Part shown: positions 8,481 through 17,100 of the stretch, in pieces
Layout: every line of letters starts with the position of its first letter
Numbering within the stretch: the stretch's first letter is position 1
Position numbers and translations under genes: made by a program
Notes under the pieces: model-generated
Told to the model about the DNA's origin: nothing
The model's input: only the letters and a program-made list of their open reading frames with translations
Databases searched by the model: none
NCBI GenBank assembly: GCA_041664625.1
Contig: JBAYKK010000001.1
Span: 1,956-65,955 of the forward strand
DNA length: 64,000 nt
DNA from: Minisyncoccota bacterium
Lineage (GTDB): Bacteria > Patescibacteriota > Minisyncoccia > Phycocordibacterales > WO2-35-19
Direction: 5' to 3'

Positions 8481-9320
8481 ATGATTTACAATCTTTACAA
8501 ACAAAGAGGCGAAACACCGCTTGAATGCATCAGACGATTTGCCAAAAAGACTCCTGAGCTCAAAGGTCAGAAAATGACTTATCTGGGCAGGCTTGATCCG
8601 CTAGCCGAAGGAGTGTTGCTCATGGCCTCCGGTGAAGATACCAGTCAGGCTAGGCGTGAAGAATTTTTTGGATTAGATAAAGCTTACGATTTTGTCGCTA
8701 TATTTGGTTTTGCTACTGATAGTTATGATATTTTGGGCAAAATCGTCAGGGTAGAAAAATTGTCAGAACTTTTGGAAAATGATGTCAGGCGAGCGACTAT
8801 GATTTTTGAAGGCGAGCGCGAACAAGAATATCCTTTTTATTCTTCTAAAATGATCGCTAAAAGAAAAAATAAATTAAAAAATCAGAATACAAATTCTGAC
8901 TCCTCCTCCCTAAAGGGTTCCCACGGAGATCAAAATTTGCATCCCGATTTTTCTTCAGAGGACTTTCCTCAGAAGAAAGTGATCATTCACAAAATTCAGT
9001 TCCACAAACTAGAAACTTTAAATAATAAAGAACTTTTTGGGCGCTTACTCTCAGATATTTCCAAAGTGAATGGTGATTTTAGACAAAATGAGATTTTAAT
9101 TTTGTGGAATCAAATTTTATTTGGTTCAAAAAATGTTAAAGACAAAAAAGAAGCCAGTTATTTTATTGGCCGATTTAGTGCTGAAGTATCAAGTGGTACT
9201 TATATCAGGAGTTTGGTCAATGATTTGGGTAAAACTTTGGGTTGCGGAGCTACTACTCTTTCTATCAAGAGGACTCGAGTCGGGGATTTTAAGATAGAAG
9301 AGAGTTTACAATCTTTTTAA
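8481..9320 (+). CDS. tRNA pseudouridine synthase (TruB-like) with a ~35 aa low-complexity insertion.
   Basis: N-terminal 'YLGRLDPLAEGVLLMASGE' matches the TruB catalytic-Asp motif. Confidence 0.65.
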   Translation: MIYNLYKQRGETPLECIRRFAKKTPELKGQKMTYLGRLDPLAEGVLLMASGEDTSQARREEFFGLDKAYDFVAIFGFATDSYDILGKIVRVEKLSELLENDVRRATMIFEGEREQEYPFYSSKMIAKRKNKLKNQNTNSDSSSLKGSHGDQNLHPDFSSEDFPQKKVIIHKIQFHKLETLNNKELFGRLLSDISKVNGDFRQNEILILWNQILFGSKNVKDKKEASYFIGRFSAEVSSGTYIRSLVNDLGKTLGCGATTLSIKRTRVGDFKIEESLQSF

Positions 9321-9738
9321 CCATACTTCCGTCTGCATTCCCTTGGGTTTCTTTTATTATTGCTCCAATTAAAATTCCTACTTTACTTTTGTCTGTGATT
9401 TTTAATTCTTCAATTTTCAATTTTGCAATTTTTTCGATTTGATTCTCTGACATTTGAGCGGGCAAAAATTCTTCCAAAATTTTCATTTCAGCTTTTTCAT
9501 TTTCAGCCAAATCTTTGCGACCACCTTTTTCAAACTGTTCTATAGAATCTTTTCTTTGTTTGACTAATCGACGGATGACAGCGATAGCTTCTTCGTCGGA
9601 AAGTTTGTCTTGAGGTTTGCGTTTCAAATTCATCACTTCATTGGTAAAAGCGGCTAAAACGCCACGCAAAGTAGTGAGTCTGACTTCGTCTTTGGCTCGC
9701 ATAGCATCAGGGATTTGGTTTTGTATTTTTTCGTGCAT
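9289..9738 (-). CDS. GatB/YqeY-domain protein.
   Basis: Full-length similarity to the YqeY family ('MRAKD..RLTTLR', 'LSDEE..AVI...VKQRKDS'). Confidence 0.8.
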   Translation of the reverse strand: MHEKIQNQIPDAMRAKDEVRLTTLRGVLAAFTNEVMNLKRKPQDKLSDEEAIAVIRRLVKQRKDSIEQFEKGGRKDLAENEKAEMKILEEFLPAQMSENQIEKIAKLKIEELKITDKSKVGILIGAIIKETQGNADGSMVKKIVNSLLS

Positions 9739-9781
9739 CGTATTTGGATGTTATTTTTAATGATTAAATTTTATCAAATTT

Positions 9782-9857
9782 CTGATATAATGAAAAGGAA
9801 ATAAGTCGCACTCCAAAGGACGGTATCGTGCGACACGATTTCGCAAAATCGCATATG
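9782..9857 (+). promoter_or_regulatory. Conserved leader element, copy 2. It has an extended -10 (cTGaTATAAT, 9783-9791), hairpin 1 (GTCGCAC 9805-9811 pairing GTGCGAC 9828-9834) and hairpin 2 (CGATTT 9836-9841 pairing AAATCG 9846-9851) abutting ATG 9855.
   Basis: Same architecture as 13-72. Hairpin 2 shows a T:A to C:G compensatory change. Confidence 0.6.
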
Positions 9858-10895
9858 CAAAATATCGCTCTCATAATTTTGGCAGTTGGGCTTTTGGTGG
9901 CGGTTTTTGCTTTGCTTAAAAGGAAACCCGACGAAAAATCAAACGATGGAGCTATGAAATTGCTTTTGGAACAAATGAATGAACTTTCCCGGACTATGGA
10001 TAGGAAAATGGGTGAGACTACTAAACAGGTTAACGAATCCATGAAGGACCAGTTTAGAGAATCTAGCAAACTCATCCGTGATGTGACAGAGGGTTTAACT
10101 AAGCTTGATGAGACCAACAAACAAGTTATTTCTTTTGCTGATCAACTCCAAAATTTGCAAGATATTTTGAAAAATCCCAAACAGCGGGGGATCCTCGGTG
10201 AGTATTACCTGGAAACACTACTCAAAAATGTTTTGGCACCAGCTCAATATCAAATGCAATATGCTTTTGTAAATGGTGAAATCGTGGATGCTGTGGTTTT
10301 TGTCAAAGATAAAGTTATACCGATTGATTCCAAATTTTCACTCGAGAATTATAATCGTTTGATTGGAGCCAAAGATCCAGCTGAAAAAGAACGACTAGAA
10401 AAACTTTTTATAAATGATTTGAAATTGCGTATTACTGAAACTTCAAAATACATTCGCCCAACCGAAGGTACAATGGATTTTGCTTTTATGTTTATCCCTC
10501 ACGAAGCTATTTATTATGATTTGCTTATAAATAAAATCGGAGCAGTGACAGAAGATACGGAAAATCTGATCCAAAGAGCGGCTGGCAAATATAAAGTGAT
10601 TATTGTCTCCCCGACCTCGTTTTTGGCATACCTCCAGACAGTTTTACAGGGTCTCAAAGCAATGCAAATAGAGGAGACAGCAAAAGATATAATAAAGAGA
10701 GTTGGGGAGCTTTCTGAGCACTTAAAAAAGTATGAAATGTATCATGGCAAACTCGGCAACTCATTGGAGACGGTGGTCAATCATTTCAATGCTTCTAGCA
10801 AAGAGTTTAAAAAGGTAGACAAAGATGTGGTGCGTATAACCGGTGTTTCTCAAGCTTTTGAAGTCCCTATTTTGGACAAGCCAGATATAGAATAA
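9855..10895 (+). CDS. rmuC: DNA recombination protein RmuC.
   Basis: N-terminal TM segment followed by a coiled coil and the RmuC core ('GEYYLETLL', 'IPIDSKF', 'FAFMFIP'). Start set to ATG 9855, downstream of the conserved leader. Confidence 0.8.
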   Translation: MQNIALIILAVGLLVAVFALLKRKPDEKSNDGAMKLLLEQMNELSRTMDRKMGETTKQVNESMKDQFRESSKLIRDVTEGLTKLDETNKQVISFADQLQNLQDILKNPKQRGILGEYYLETLLKNVLAPAQYQMQYAFVNGEIVDAVVFVKDKVIPIDSKFSLENYNRLIGAKDPAEKERLEKLFINDLKLRITETSKYIRPTEGTMDFAFMFIPHEAIYYDLLINKIGAVTEDTENLIQRAAGKYKVIIVSPTSFLAYLQTVLQGLKAMQIEETAKDIIKRVGELSEHLKKYEMYHGKLGNSLETVVNHFNASSKEFKKVDKDVVRITGVSQAFEVPILDKPDIE

Positions 10896-11086
10896 TGCCA
10901 AAGTTAAAAACCTTCTCGCTTAGCCGTCGCATAATTTCTGCCTGCCCGCCATCGCTATGCTCAAGCATTGCAGGTGGGCTGAAATTTGCTATGCTCGGCA
11001 CGTTTGCCTACGCATAGGCACGCGATAAGCTTTTTGACTTTGGCCTGTTGCAATATTTTGTCAAATCCTGTAAAGTAGTATGCGTT

Positions 11087-11527
11087 ATGCCAGTAGCCAA
11101 AAAAACCACAAAAAAAGAGGTAAAAACCACCCCAAAGGCTCCTTCTGCCCCCGCTAAAGCTATGGCGGACAAGAAGGTTGTAAAAGCTGAAAAAGTCGTC
11201 CCAAATGGCAGTTTTGCCGTTGTGGAGACTGGTGGTAAGCAATACCGAGTGGCTGTTGGCGAAACTATCAAAGTTGAAGCTATAAATGGGGAATTGAAAG
11301 AGGGAGATGCTGTAGTTTTTGATAAAGTCCTTTTGATTGACAATGGCACCGATTCTACTGACATTGGTACTCCTTATATCGCTGGTGCCAAAGTGACTGG
11401 TACTCTAGTTGAAATTGGCCGTAATGCTAAAGTCATCGTCATCAAATACAAACAAAAATCTCGTTATTTCAAGAAAAATGGCCATCGCCAACCTTTCTTT
11501 GCTGTCCGTATTGATAAAATTTCTTAA
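11087..11527 (+). CDS. rplU: 50S ribosomal protein L21 with a Lys/Ala-rich N-terminal extension.
   Basis: 'FAVVETGGKQYRVAVGETIKVE' matches the bL21 signature. Confidence 0.85.
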   Translation: MPVAKKTTKKEVKTTPKAPSAPAKAMADKKVVKAEKVVPNGSFAVVETGGKQYRVAVGETIKVEAINGELKEGDAVVFDKVLLIDNGTDSTDIGTPYIAGAKVTGTLVEIGRNAKVIVIKYKQKSRYFKKNGHRQPFFAVRIDKIS

Positions 11528-11545
11528 TTAAAAACGCAATCTCAA

Positions 11546-11664
11546 AACCTAACCCCCTTAATCCCCCTTATCTTAAGGGGGAAACCACGCAACATAAATA
11601 AACCATTGAGTAATAAACAGTAGTCACCCTCTCCTTAATATAAGGAGAGGGAAGGGGTGAGGTT
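11546..11664. repeat. ~120 bp MITE-like element. Its terminal inverted repeats are AACCTAACCCC and GGGGTGAGGTT, and it holds two internal GC hairpins (CCCCCTTA/TAAGGGGG and CCCTCTCCTT/AAGGAGAGGG).
   Basis: Read directly. Related copies lie at 12570, 54257, 55026 and 58149. Confidence 0.6.
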
Positions 11665-11681
11665 AGAAAAAAATTTGAAAA

Positions 11682-12314
11682 TTAACTAAAGAAGAAATCT
11701 TTAAATTGGAAGAGAATAGAAAATATAATAAAGACATACCAGATTATCAAAATCTGGATGTGATTTTTTGATACGAAACGGAAGAAAGATGGCCAAAAAG
11801 TGAAATGATTTTCTCTAAAATTCCAAACAGTGGTGTAAAGCAAAAGTGGCCAAGTGACAGCCCAAACTATCATACAATAAATACAAAGTGAGCCAATGCG
11901 GTAAACGCTTTCAAAGAAAAACCACATCACGAAAACCATAGCAGCAAGTGTGCCCAAATTAACCAAAAGCCAAAGTGGTTTGCGAGATCTTCCACCAGAC
12001 AAAAGCATCACACCTATCGCTAAAAGCATAGCAAAAGCTACTATTCCCAAAAGCGAATTTGGGAAGCCAAATACTTCGGCCTGCCAAGTGGTAGCCACAC
12101 TAGTGCAACTAACAAAAGGATTTATATTGCAGGGGAGCTCAACTCCCGGGTTTTTTATAAGTTCAAAAGTATCTACGGTCAAAATAAAGGAGGCCAAAAG
12201 GCCGATGATACTCCCAACTATTAATATGTAAGAAAATGATTTTTGAATTGCCATATTATTGGTGTTGTTTTTTTTAAGAAAACTTTCTGGAAAAAAGTCT
12301 GGCCTGTGCAACAA
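11682..12314 (-). CDS. Vitamin K epoxide reductase (VKOR)-family membrane thiol oxidoreductase.
   Basis: Loop Cys pair 'LPCNINPFVSC' plus the TM CxxC 'CIYC' with multiple TM helices. Confidence 0.65.
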   Translation of the reverse strand: MLHRPDFFPESFLKKNNTNNMAIQKSFSYILIVGSIIGLLASFILTVDTFELIKNPGVELPCNINPFVSCTSVATTWQAEVFGFPNSLLGIVAFAMLLAIGVMLLSGGRSRKPLWLLVNLGTLAAMVFVMWFFFESVYRIGSLCIYCMIVWAVTWPLLLYTTVWNFRENHFTFWPSFFRFVSKNHIQILIIWYVFIIFSILFQFKDFFFS

Positions 12315-12358
12315 GGAGGTCCGAGGACTTTTTAGAAGAAACGTTTTTTGAAAAAATA

Positions 12359-13027
12359 TTAACTTCTGTTCCGGAGTGCATTTTTCATCGTCTCTGGATC
12401 AGTATACTCCAATTCGGTGCCCATAGAAAGACCTTTGCCCAAGTGCGAAATTTTGATTTTATTTTTTTCTAGGATTGGTTTTAAAAATTTGGCGACGTAA
12501 TCTCCTGTGTTTTCGCCTTCTGGGTTCCAATTGACGCCCAAAATAATCTCTTTAAGTCCAGAATAATGTTCCTCTCCTCGCCCCCCTCTTAAGGTAAGAG
12601 GGGGGTTGGGGGGTGATATTCTTTTTTCAATAAAACTTTTAAGTTCTTTGATGCGGATTCTTTTTTCCGGTTCTTTTTCTAATATCGGCACTGAACCACC
12701 AAGCACAAAATAAATGCCATTGAAACTGCCGTTTTTTTCTACTGATTCCAGATCGATATCTCTTTGTACCAACATCAAGACAGATTGGTCTCTAGTCTGA
12801 TCAGAGCAAATTTTGCAAAAGTGGCCATTATTGTTTTTGGATTCAAAAAATCTATGACAATCTTCACAAATCATCACATCATTTTTTAAATCTTTTATGT
12901 TTTGAGAAAGTTCTCTCAAAGTGCTATCGGTCCGGGTCAAAAGATAGTAGACAAACCGCCGAGCTTGCCGTGGGCCAATACCTGGGAATTGGGAAAATAT
13001 TTGAATGAGTTTTTCTATTGAGTTCAT
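12359..13027 (-). CDS. recR: Recombination protein RecR carrying a ~17 aa in-frame insertion encoded by a hairpin repeat.
   Basis: HhH 'GIGPRQARR', C4 Zn finger 'CEDCHRF...CKIC' and Toprim 'IILGVNWNPEGENTGDY'. The extra segment 'SPPNPPLTLRGGRGEEH' maps to 12570-12619. Confidence 0.9.
   Translation of the reverse strand: MNSIEKLIQIFSQFPGIGPRQARRFVYYLLTRTDSTLRELSQNIKDLKNDVMICEDCHRFFESKNNNGHFCKICSDQTRDQSVLMLVQRDIDLESVEKNGSFNGIYFVLGGSVPILEKEPEKRIRIKELKSFIEKRISPPNPPLTLRGGRGEEHYSGLKEIILGVNWNPEGENTGDYVAKFLKPILEKNKIKISHLGKGLSMGTELEYTDPETMKNALRNRS
12570..12619. repeat. GC-rich hairpin repeat (CCCCCCTCTT-aaggt-AAGAGGGGGG followed by GGGGGGTGA) lying inside the recR coding sequence.
   Basis: Perfect 10 bp stem in an otherwise AT-rich gene. 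Its end resembles the family's TIR. Confidence 0.55.
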
Positions 13028-13030
13028 ATA

Positions 13031-13067
13031 TACGAAATAACGAATGGATTACGAATGGCTACGAATA
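13031..13067. repeat. Left iteron arm with four ACGAAT repeats (tACGAAataACGAATggattACGAATggctACGAATa). It is the inverted partner of 13841-13900.
   Basis: ACGAATGGCTACGAATA at 13051-13067 equals the reverse complement of 13858-13874. Confidence 0.6.
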
Positions 13068-13456
13068 AGTTCACAAAATTTTTCCTTAGCTTCATGAGCA
13101 GAGCTTACAATATAGCCCGCTTTCTTCACAAATTCAATTGACCATTTTGGGTTCCTATTTTCCTGCCAAATAATAATAAGTTTATTGCAAAAATCACCTG
13201 GGTTTTTAACATTATTGGTGTAAAAATAGCCAATTTCAATCCAAGTGGCTTCTGAGGGGGCCATTCCTGGGTTTGCTATCATATAGTCACTGGATTTTAT
13301 CCCTTTTAAATCATCGGGAAAAAATGTATCTGGGGATGTTTGATCTGAATGTATTTCCCAGTCAAAGAAGTCACAATCGTTAATATTTTGGAAAATCTTT
13401 TTCCAGTTATTATCGTGCTCATTTGATTGTCCGGCTAAATATGCTTTTATTTTCAT
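13049..13456 (-). CDS. Nucleoside 2-deoxyribosyltransferase-like (SLOG-superfamily) protein.
   Basis: 'KAYLAGQ' N-terminus and 'SEATWIEIGYFY', which are typical of the NDT-like fold. Tentative. Confidence 0.4.
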   Translation of the reverse strand: MKIKAYLAGQSNEHDNNWKKIFQNINDCDFFDWEIHSDQTSPDTFFPDDLKGIKSSDYMIANPGMAPSEATWIEIGYFYTNNVKNPGDFCNKLIIIWQENRNPKWSIEFVKKAGYIVSSAHEAKEKFCELIRSHS

Positions 13457-13460
13457 GTAA

Positions 13461-13838
13461 TTAATCTGAATCTATTTTTAGAACTCTTATTGGTCTTAAA
13501 TGTAAAGTTCTAAAATTTACCAATAATCCTAATTTTTTGTTGGTTTGTTGGAGATAGTTTTGCAGTTGGCGATAATATTCTTTGTTAATTTCTCTGACCG
13601 ATTTTAACTCTAAAATTATTTTATCTTCAACTAAAAAATCCAAAACATTTCCGGTATTCCCAATCGCAAGCTCACGATTATATAAAATATTTTTCTCTTT
13701 AAAGTGTTTCTCAATTAAATCCGCATATTGTTTTTCTCTGGCATATTCTCCTAATTCTTTATGTACTTCAAAAAGTATACCCACAATAATATAAGAAAGT
13801 TCAGGATAAATAACTTTTGGACTCACTTTTTGTTCCAT
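13461..13838 (-). CDS. GxxExxY-family PD-(D/E)xK nuclease-like protein.
   Basis: '[11 protein letters not shown]' motif and a C-terminal '[13 protein letters not shown]' core. Confidence 0.55.
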   Translation of the reverse strand: MEQKVSPKVIYPELSYIIVGILFEVHKELGEYAREKQYADLIEKHFKEKNILYNRELAIGNTGNVLDFLVEDKIILELKSVREINKEYYRQLQNYLQQTNKKLGLLVNFRTLHLRPIRVLKIDSD

Positions 13839-13840
13839 AT

Positions 13841-13900
13841 TTCTATTCGTTATTTCTTATATTCGTAGCCATTCGTTGTAAATTCGTTACTTCGTATTTT
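13841..13900. repeat. Right iteron arm with five copies of ATTCGT (the reverse complement of ACGAAT).
   Basis: Read directly. It is inverted relative to 13031-13067. Confidence 0.6.
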
Positions 13901-15293
13901 AAAATTCGCGGAATTCGCCTTCGGCACCACTAAACTGAGCTTTTTCAAGTGGTAAAAACATAACCTTCTTTTCATCAAAGAAGAGGTCAACTTTGCCAGT
14001 GGCACCGTTTCTGTGTTTTTCAATAAGTATTTCGGCGATGTTGGTTTTTTCGGCGTCGTTGCTACCTTTGGCTTTGTCTTCGCGGTGTATAAACATAACC
14101 ACATCGGCGTCTTGTTCGATTGAACCTGAATCACGTAAGTCGGAGAGTTTGGGTCTACCACCACGCTGTTCAATGGCACGAGAAAGCTGAGAGAGAGCAA
14201 TGACTGGTACTTCAAGTTCGCGAGCCAAATTTTTGAGGGAACGAGAAATCTCGGTGACTTGGTTAACCATCGAATCATAATTTTTGGTGGTCACCATGAG
14301 TTGTAAGTAGTCCACGATGATAAGCCCCAAACCTTTTTCATTTTTGAGTCGTCTGGCGACTGAGCGCATTTTCAAAATGTTGTTGCCAGGCTGATCATCT
14401 ATGAAAATCGGAGCTTTGGAAAGCACATCTAAAGATTGGCGTATAGAGGCGAAGTCATCTTCGCGATTAAGTCTACCGGTACGCAATTTCCAAGCATCTA
14501 CGTTGGATTGGGAAGCGAGCATACGATCTACTAATTGTTGGGAGCTCATTTCTAAAGAAAATATACCGACTGGGACATTGTGATTGACCGCGGCTTGGCG
14601 AGCGATATCTAGAGCAAGCGCGGTTTTACCAACTGATGGTCTGGCTGCCAAAATAATGAGATCGGATTTTTGGAAACCAGAAAGTTTGTCATCTAATTCT
14701 TTGAAACCGCTGGGTACTCCACGTAGACCGTCTCCAGAATTGTGCATTTTATCAAGTCTTTCCCACGCTTCGGCCAACTCATCTTTCATTTCTACAAATT
14801 TGTGGATACTGGCGATGTTGGTCACATCATATATTTTTTTCTGAGCTTGATCCAAAAGTTCTTCCAATTCTTCGGCTTCGTCATAACCCAACGAGGAAAT
14901 GAAATCGGCTGCCGCAATCAGATTGCGAGCGATATGTTTTTTTTGGATTATTTGCGCGTAGTAGGTGGCATTGGCAGCTGAAGGTACCGAATTGATAACC
15001 TCTCCCAAATAAGTGTTACCACCGATTTCTTCCAAAATGTTTTTTTCTTTTAACCGAGCTGATACGGTGAGCAAATCAGTCGGACTCCTTTTGCTGAAAA
15101 GTTCGAGCATGGTCTCAAAAATCAAACGGTGCTTTTCAGAATAAAAAGAGGCACAGTGGGCTAAATCAGTAATTTCAAACATTACTTCTGGTCTGAGCAT
15201 CACCGAACCGAGGAGAGCCTTTTCGGCTTCGGTGTTGTTGGGTGGGATTCGCAGATGAGTTTTTTTGACTTCCATGCCCACATCATATATCAA
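13899..15293 (-). CDS. dnaB: Replicative DNA helicase DnaB.
   Basis: Walker A 'ARPSVGKTALAL' plus DnaB N-terminal and C-terminal domains. Confidence 0.9.
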   Translation of the reverse strand: MIYDVGMEVKKTHLRIPPNNTEAEKALLGSVMLRPEVMFEITDLAHCASFYSEKHRLIFETMLELFSKRSPTDLLTVSARLKEKNILEEIGGNTYLGEVINSVPSAANATYYAQIIQKKHIARNLIAAADFISSLGYDEAEELEELLDQAQKKIYDVTNIASIHKFVEMKDELAEAWERLDKMHNSGDGLRGVPSGFKELDDKLSGFQKSDLIILAARPSVGKTALALDIARQAAVNHNVPVGIFSLEMSSQQLVDRMLASQSNVDAWKLRTGRLNREDDFASIRQSLDVLSKAPIFIDDQPGNNILKMRSVARRLKNEKGLGLIIVDYLQLMVTTKNYDSMVNQVTEISRSLKNLARELEVPVIALSQLSRAIEQRGGRPKLSDLRDSGSIEQDADVVMFIHREDKAKGSNDAEKTNIAEILIEKHRNGATGKVDLFFDEKKVMFLPLEKAQFSGAEGEFREF

Positions 15294-15364
15294 GTTTCAA
15301 AGACTTCAAATTAAATTTATCAAAAAATTGTGATTAAAAAGGGGATAAGCATTTTTATGTTATA

Positions 15365-16285
15365 ATGTATCTAATTATGGTTTCAGTTTATAATCAACAA
15401 AGCTCAAATACAGCCAAAACCTATCTTTTAATGGGTTTATTTTTGGTGGTAGTGGGGGCTTTGGGTTACTTCGTTTCTTTTTATTACAACAATCCGGGCA
15501 TTTTTTATATCGCTATTATTTTTAGTTTATTTATGAATGTGGCTAGTTTTTGGTGGTCTGACAAAATAGTTTTGTCGATTTCCAAAGCCAAACCAGCAAG
15601 CAGATCAGAGTTTTTTGATCTTTATACGGTGACCGAAAATTTGGCCATCACCGCCGGCTTGCCTCTGCCCAAAATTTATGTGATTGACGATCCAGCACCC
15701 AATGCCTTTGCGACTGGGCGAGACAAAGAGCATGCGGTGGTAGCAGTCACTACTGGCCTTTTATCAAAATTAGAAAGATCCGAGTTGGAAGGTGTGATCG
15801 CTCATGAACTTTCTCATATTGGCAACAAAGATATTTTGCTTATGAGTGCAGTGGTGGTGCTCGTCGGTTTCGTTTCTATTATCTCGGATATGTTTTTGCG
15901 AGGTATGATTTTTGGCTCGCCTTCGCGGGGCTTCGGCGGAGTAAACGGCGATAGAGAAAATAATAATGGTGGGATATTGGCAATTGTTGGTATCGTATTG
16001 GTAGTACTTTCGCCGGTTATCGCTACTTTGATAAAATTGGCCATCTCTCGCCGGCGCGAATTTTTGGCTGATGCTTCGGGGGCTTTGCTTACTAGATACC
16101 CCGAAGGTTTAGCTTCCGCTCTTGAAAAAATTTCTTCATACAATCAGCCTATGAAAGTTTCAAGCACTGCTACCGCTCATCTTTTTATTGCTAATCCTTT
16201 TGGTTCTGGTACCAAATCGATCTCAAATCTTTTTGCTACTCATCCACCGATAGCTGAGCGTATCAAAATTTTGCGTAGTATGTAG
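15365..16285 (+). CDS. htpX: M48-family zinc metalloprotease HtpX.
   Basis: HExxH motif 'AHELSHI', TM helices and a C-terminal 'THPP..ERI' segment. Confidence 0.85.
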   Translation: MYLIMVSVYNQQSSNTAKTYLLMGLFLVVVGALGYFVSFYYNNPGIFYIAIIFSLFMNVASFWWSDKIVLSISKAKPASRSEFFDLYTVTENLAITAGLPLPKIYVIDDPAPNAFATGRDKEHAVVAVTTGLLSKLERSELEGVIAHELSHIGNKDILLMSAVVVLVGFVSIISDMFLRGMIFGSPSRGFGGVNGDRENNNGGILAIVGIVLVVLSPVIATLIKLAISRRREFLADASGALLTRYPEGLASALEKISSYNQPMKVSSTATAHLFIANPFGSGTKSISNLFATHPPIAERIKILRSM

Positions 16286-16344
16286 TTGTTGTGAACAGAT
16301 ATAATTAGACATTTTTTTCTTTCATAATATACTCCATATTAGAG

Positions 16345-16563
16345 GTGCGTCTGATGAGTGGCCAAACTGGTCTTCACTCTGAAGAGTATCAAATGATTCA
16401 CGGTTTTGGTCAGGTTCTGGGCCAAACCATCAACGATTGCCCGAAACATGGGAAGGCCATTTTTGTTCTTCTTGGAGATAAGACTAAGGATGGGAATGGA
16501 ACAAAAAAGATCTGCGAGAAGTGTTTGCTTCAGAGCAAAATCAACTCGTATAGGGATGATTAA
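16345..16563 (+). CDS. Hypothetical small protein (72 aa) with a possible Cys/His zinc ribbon and GC-richer sequence.
   Basis: RBS AGAGG upstream and a strong terminator directly after. Confidence 0.35.
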   Translation: MRLMSGQTGLHSEEYQMIHGFGQVLGQTINDCPKHGKAIFVLLGDKTKDGNGTKKICEKCLLQSKINSYRDD

Positions 16564-16583
16564 GGAGAGCCCGCGCTCTCCTT
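16562..16583 (+). terminator. Terminator hairpin AAGGAGAGC-ccgc-GCTCTCCTT.
   Basis: Perfect 9 bp inverted repeat. Confidence 0.55.
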
Positions 16584-16671
16584 ATCTGCTATATATTTTC
16601 AAAAATGGTTTTTAGTGTCTAGTTGCTCAGATTAATTCTTGTTTTAAATAAATCACTTGCTATAATAGCGA

Positions 16672-17100
16672 GTGATGAATCTAAAAGAATTAAAATTAGC
16701 AGGTGGGCTTATTTATATGTGTGAAGGAACTAAACTTCGCCAAGATCTGCGTTATAAAAATACTTTTATATATGCGATAGAGTTTACTAATTCTAATCCT
16801 AAATTGGTTTTTTTGTTCGTTAAATTTATGAAAAAGATTTTGAATATTGAACCAAATAAAATTAAAGGCCAACTTTTTATTTATCCAGATTTAGATAAGA
16901 AAAAAGTTATGGATATATGGAGCAGTCGGACGGGTGTGCCCATTGAACAATTTCAAAAAATCATTATGCTTAAGGCGAAGGTTTCAAAATTTAAACATAA
17001 CCCATTAGGTACGTTTAAAGTGAGGTATTCGAGTAAAGAAAAATTTTTGAAGCTTCAGGAAATAATGGATAGTATTTGGAGAGATGCGAGAGTGGTTTAA
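16672..17100 (+). CDS. Hypothetical protein. 'LAGGLIYMCEG' weakly resembles a LAGLIDADG motif. Its 3' end overlaps tRNA-Ser by ~23 nt.
   Basis: ORF only. The motif resemblance is weak. Confidence 0.3.
   Translation: MMNLKELKLAGGLIYMCEGTKLRQDLRYKNTFIYAIEFTNSNPKLVFLFVKFMKKILNIEPNKIKGQLFIYPDLDKKKVMDIWSSRTGVPIEQFQKIIMLKAKVSKFKHNPLGTFKVRYSSKEKFLKLQEIMDSIWRDARVV

Noticed and set aside
16672-17100. Confident call of a LAGLIDADG homing endonuclease.
   Set aside because: 'LAGGLIYMCEG' lacks the canonical acidic residues. It is kept as a low-confidence hypothetical ORF that overlaps the tRNA.
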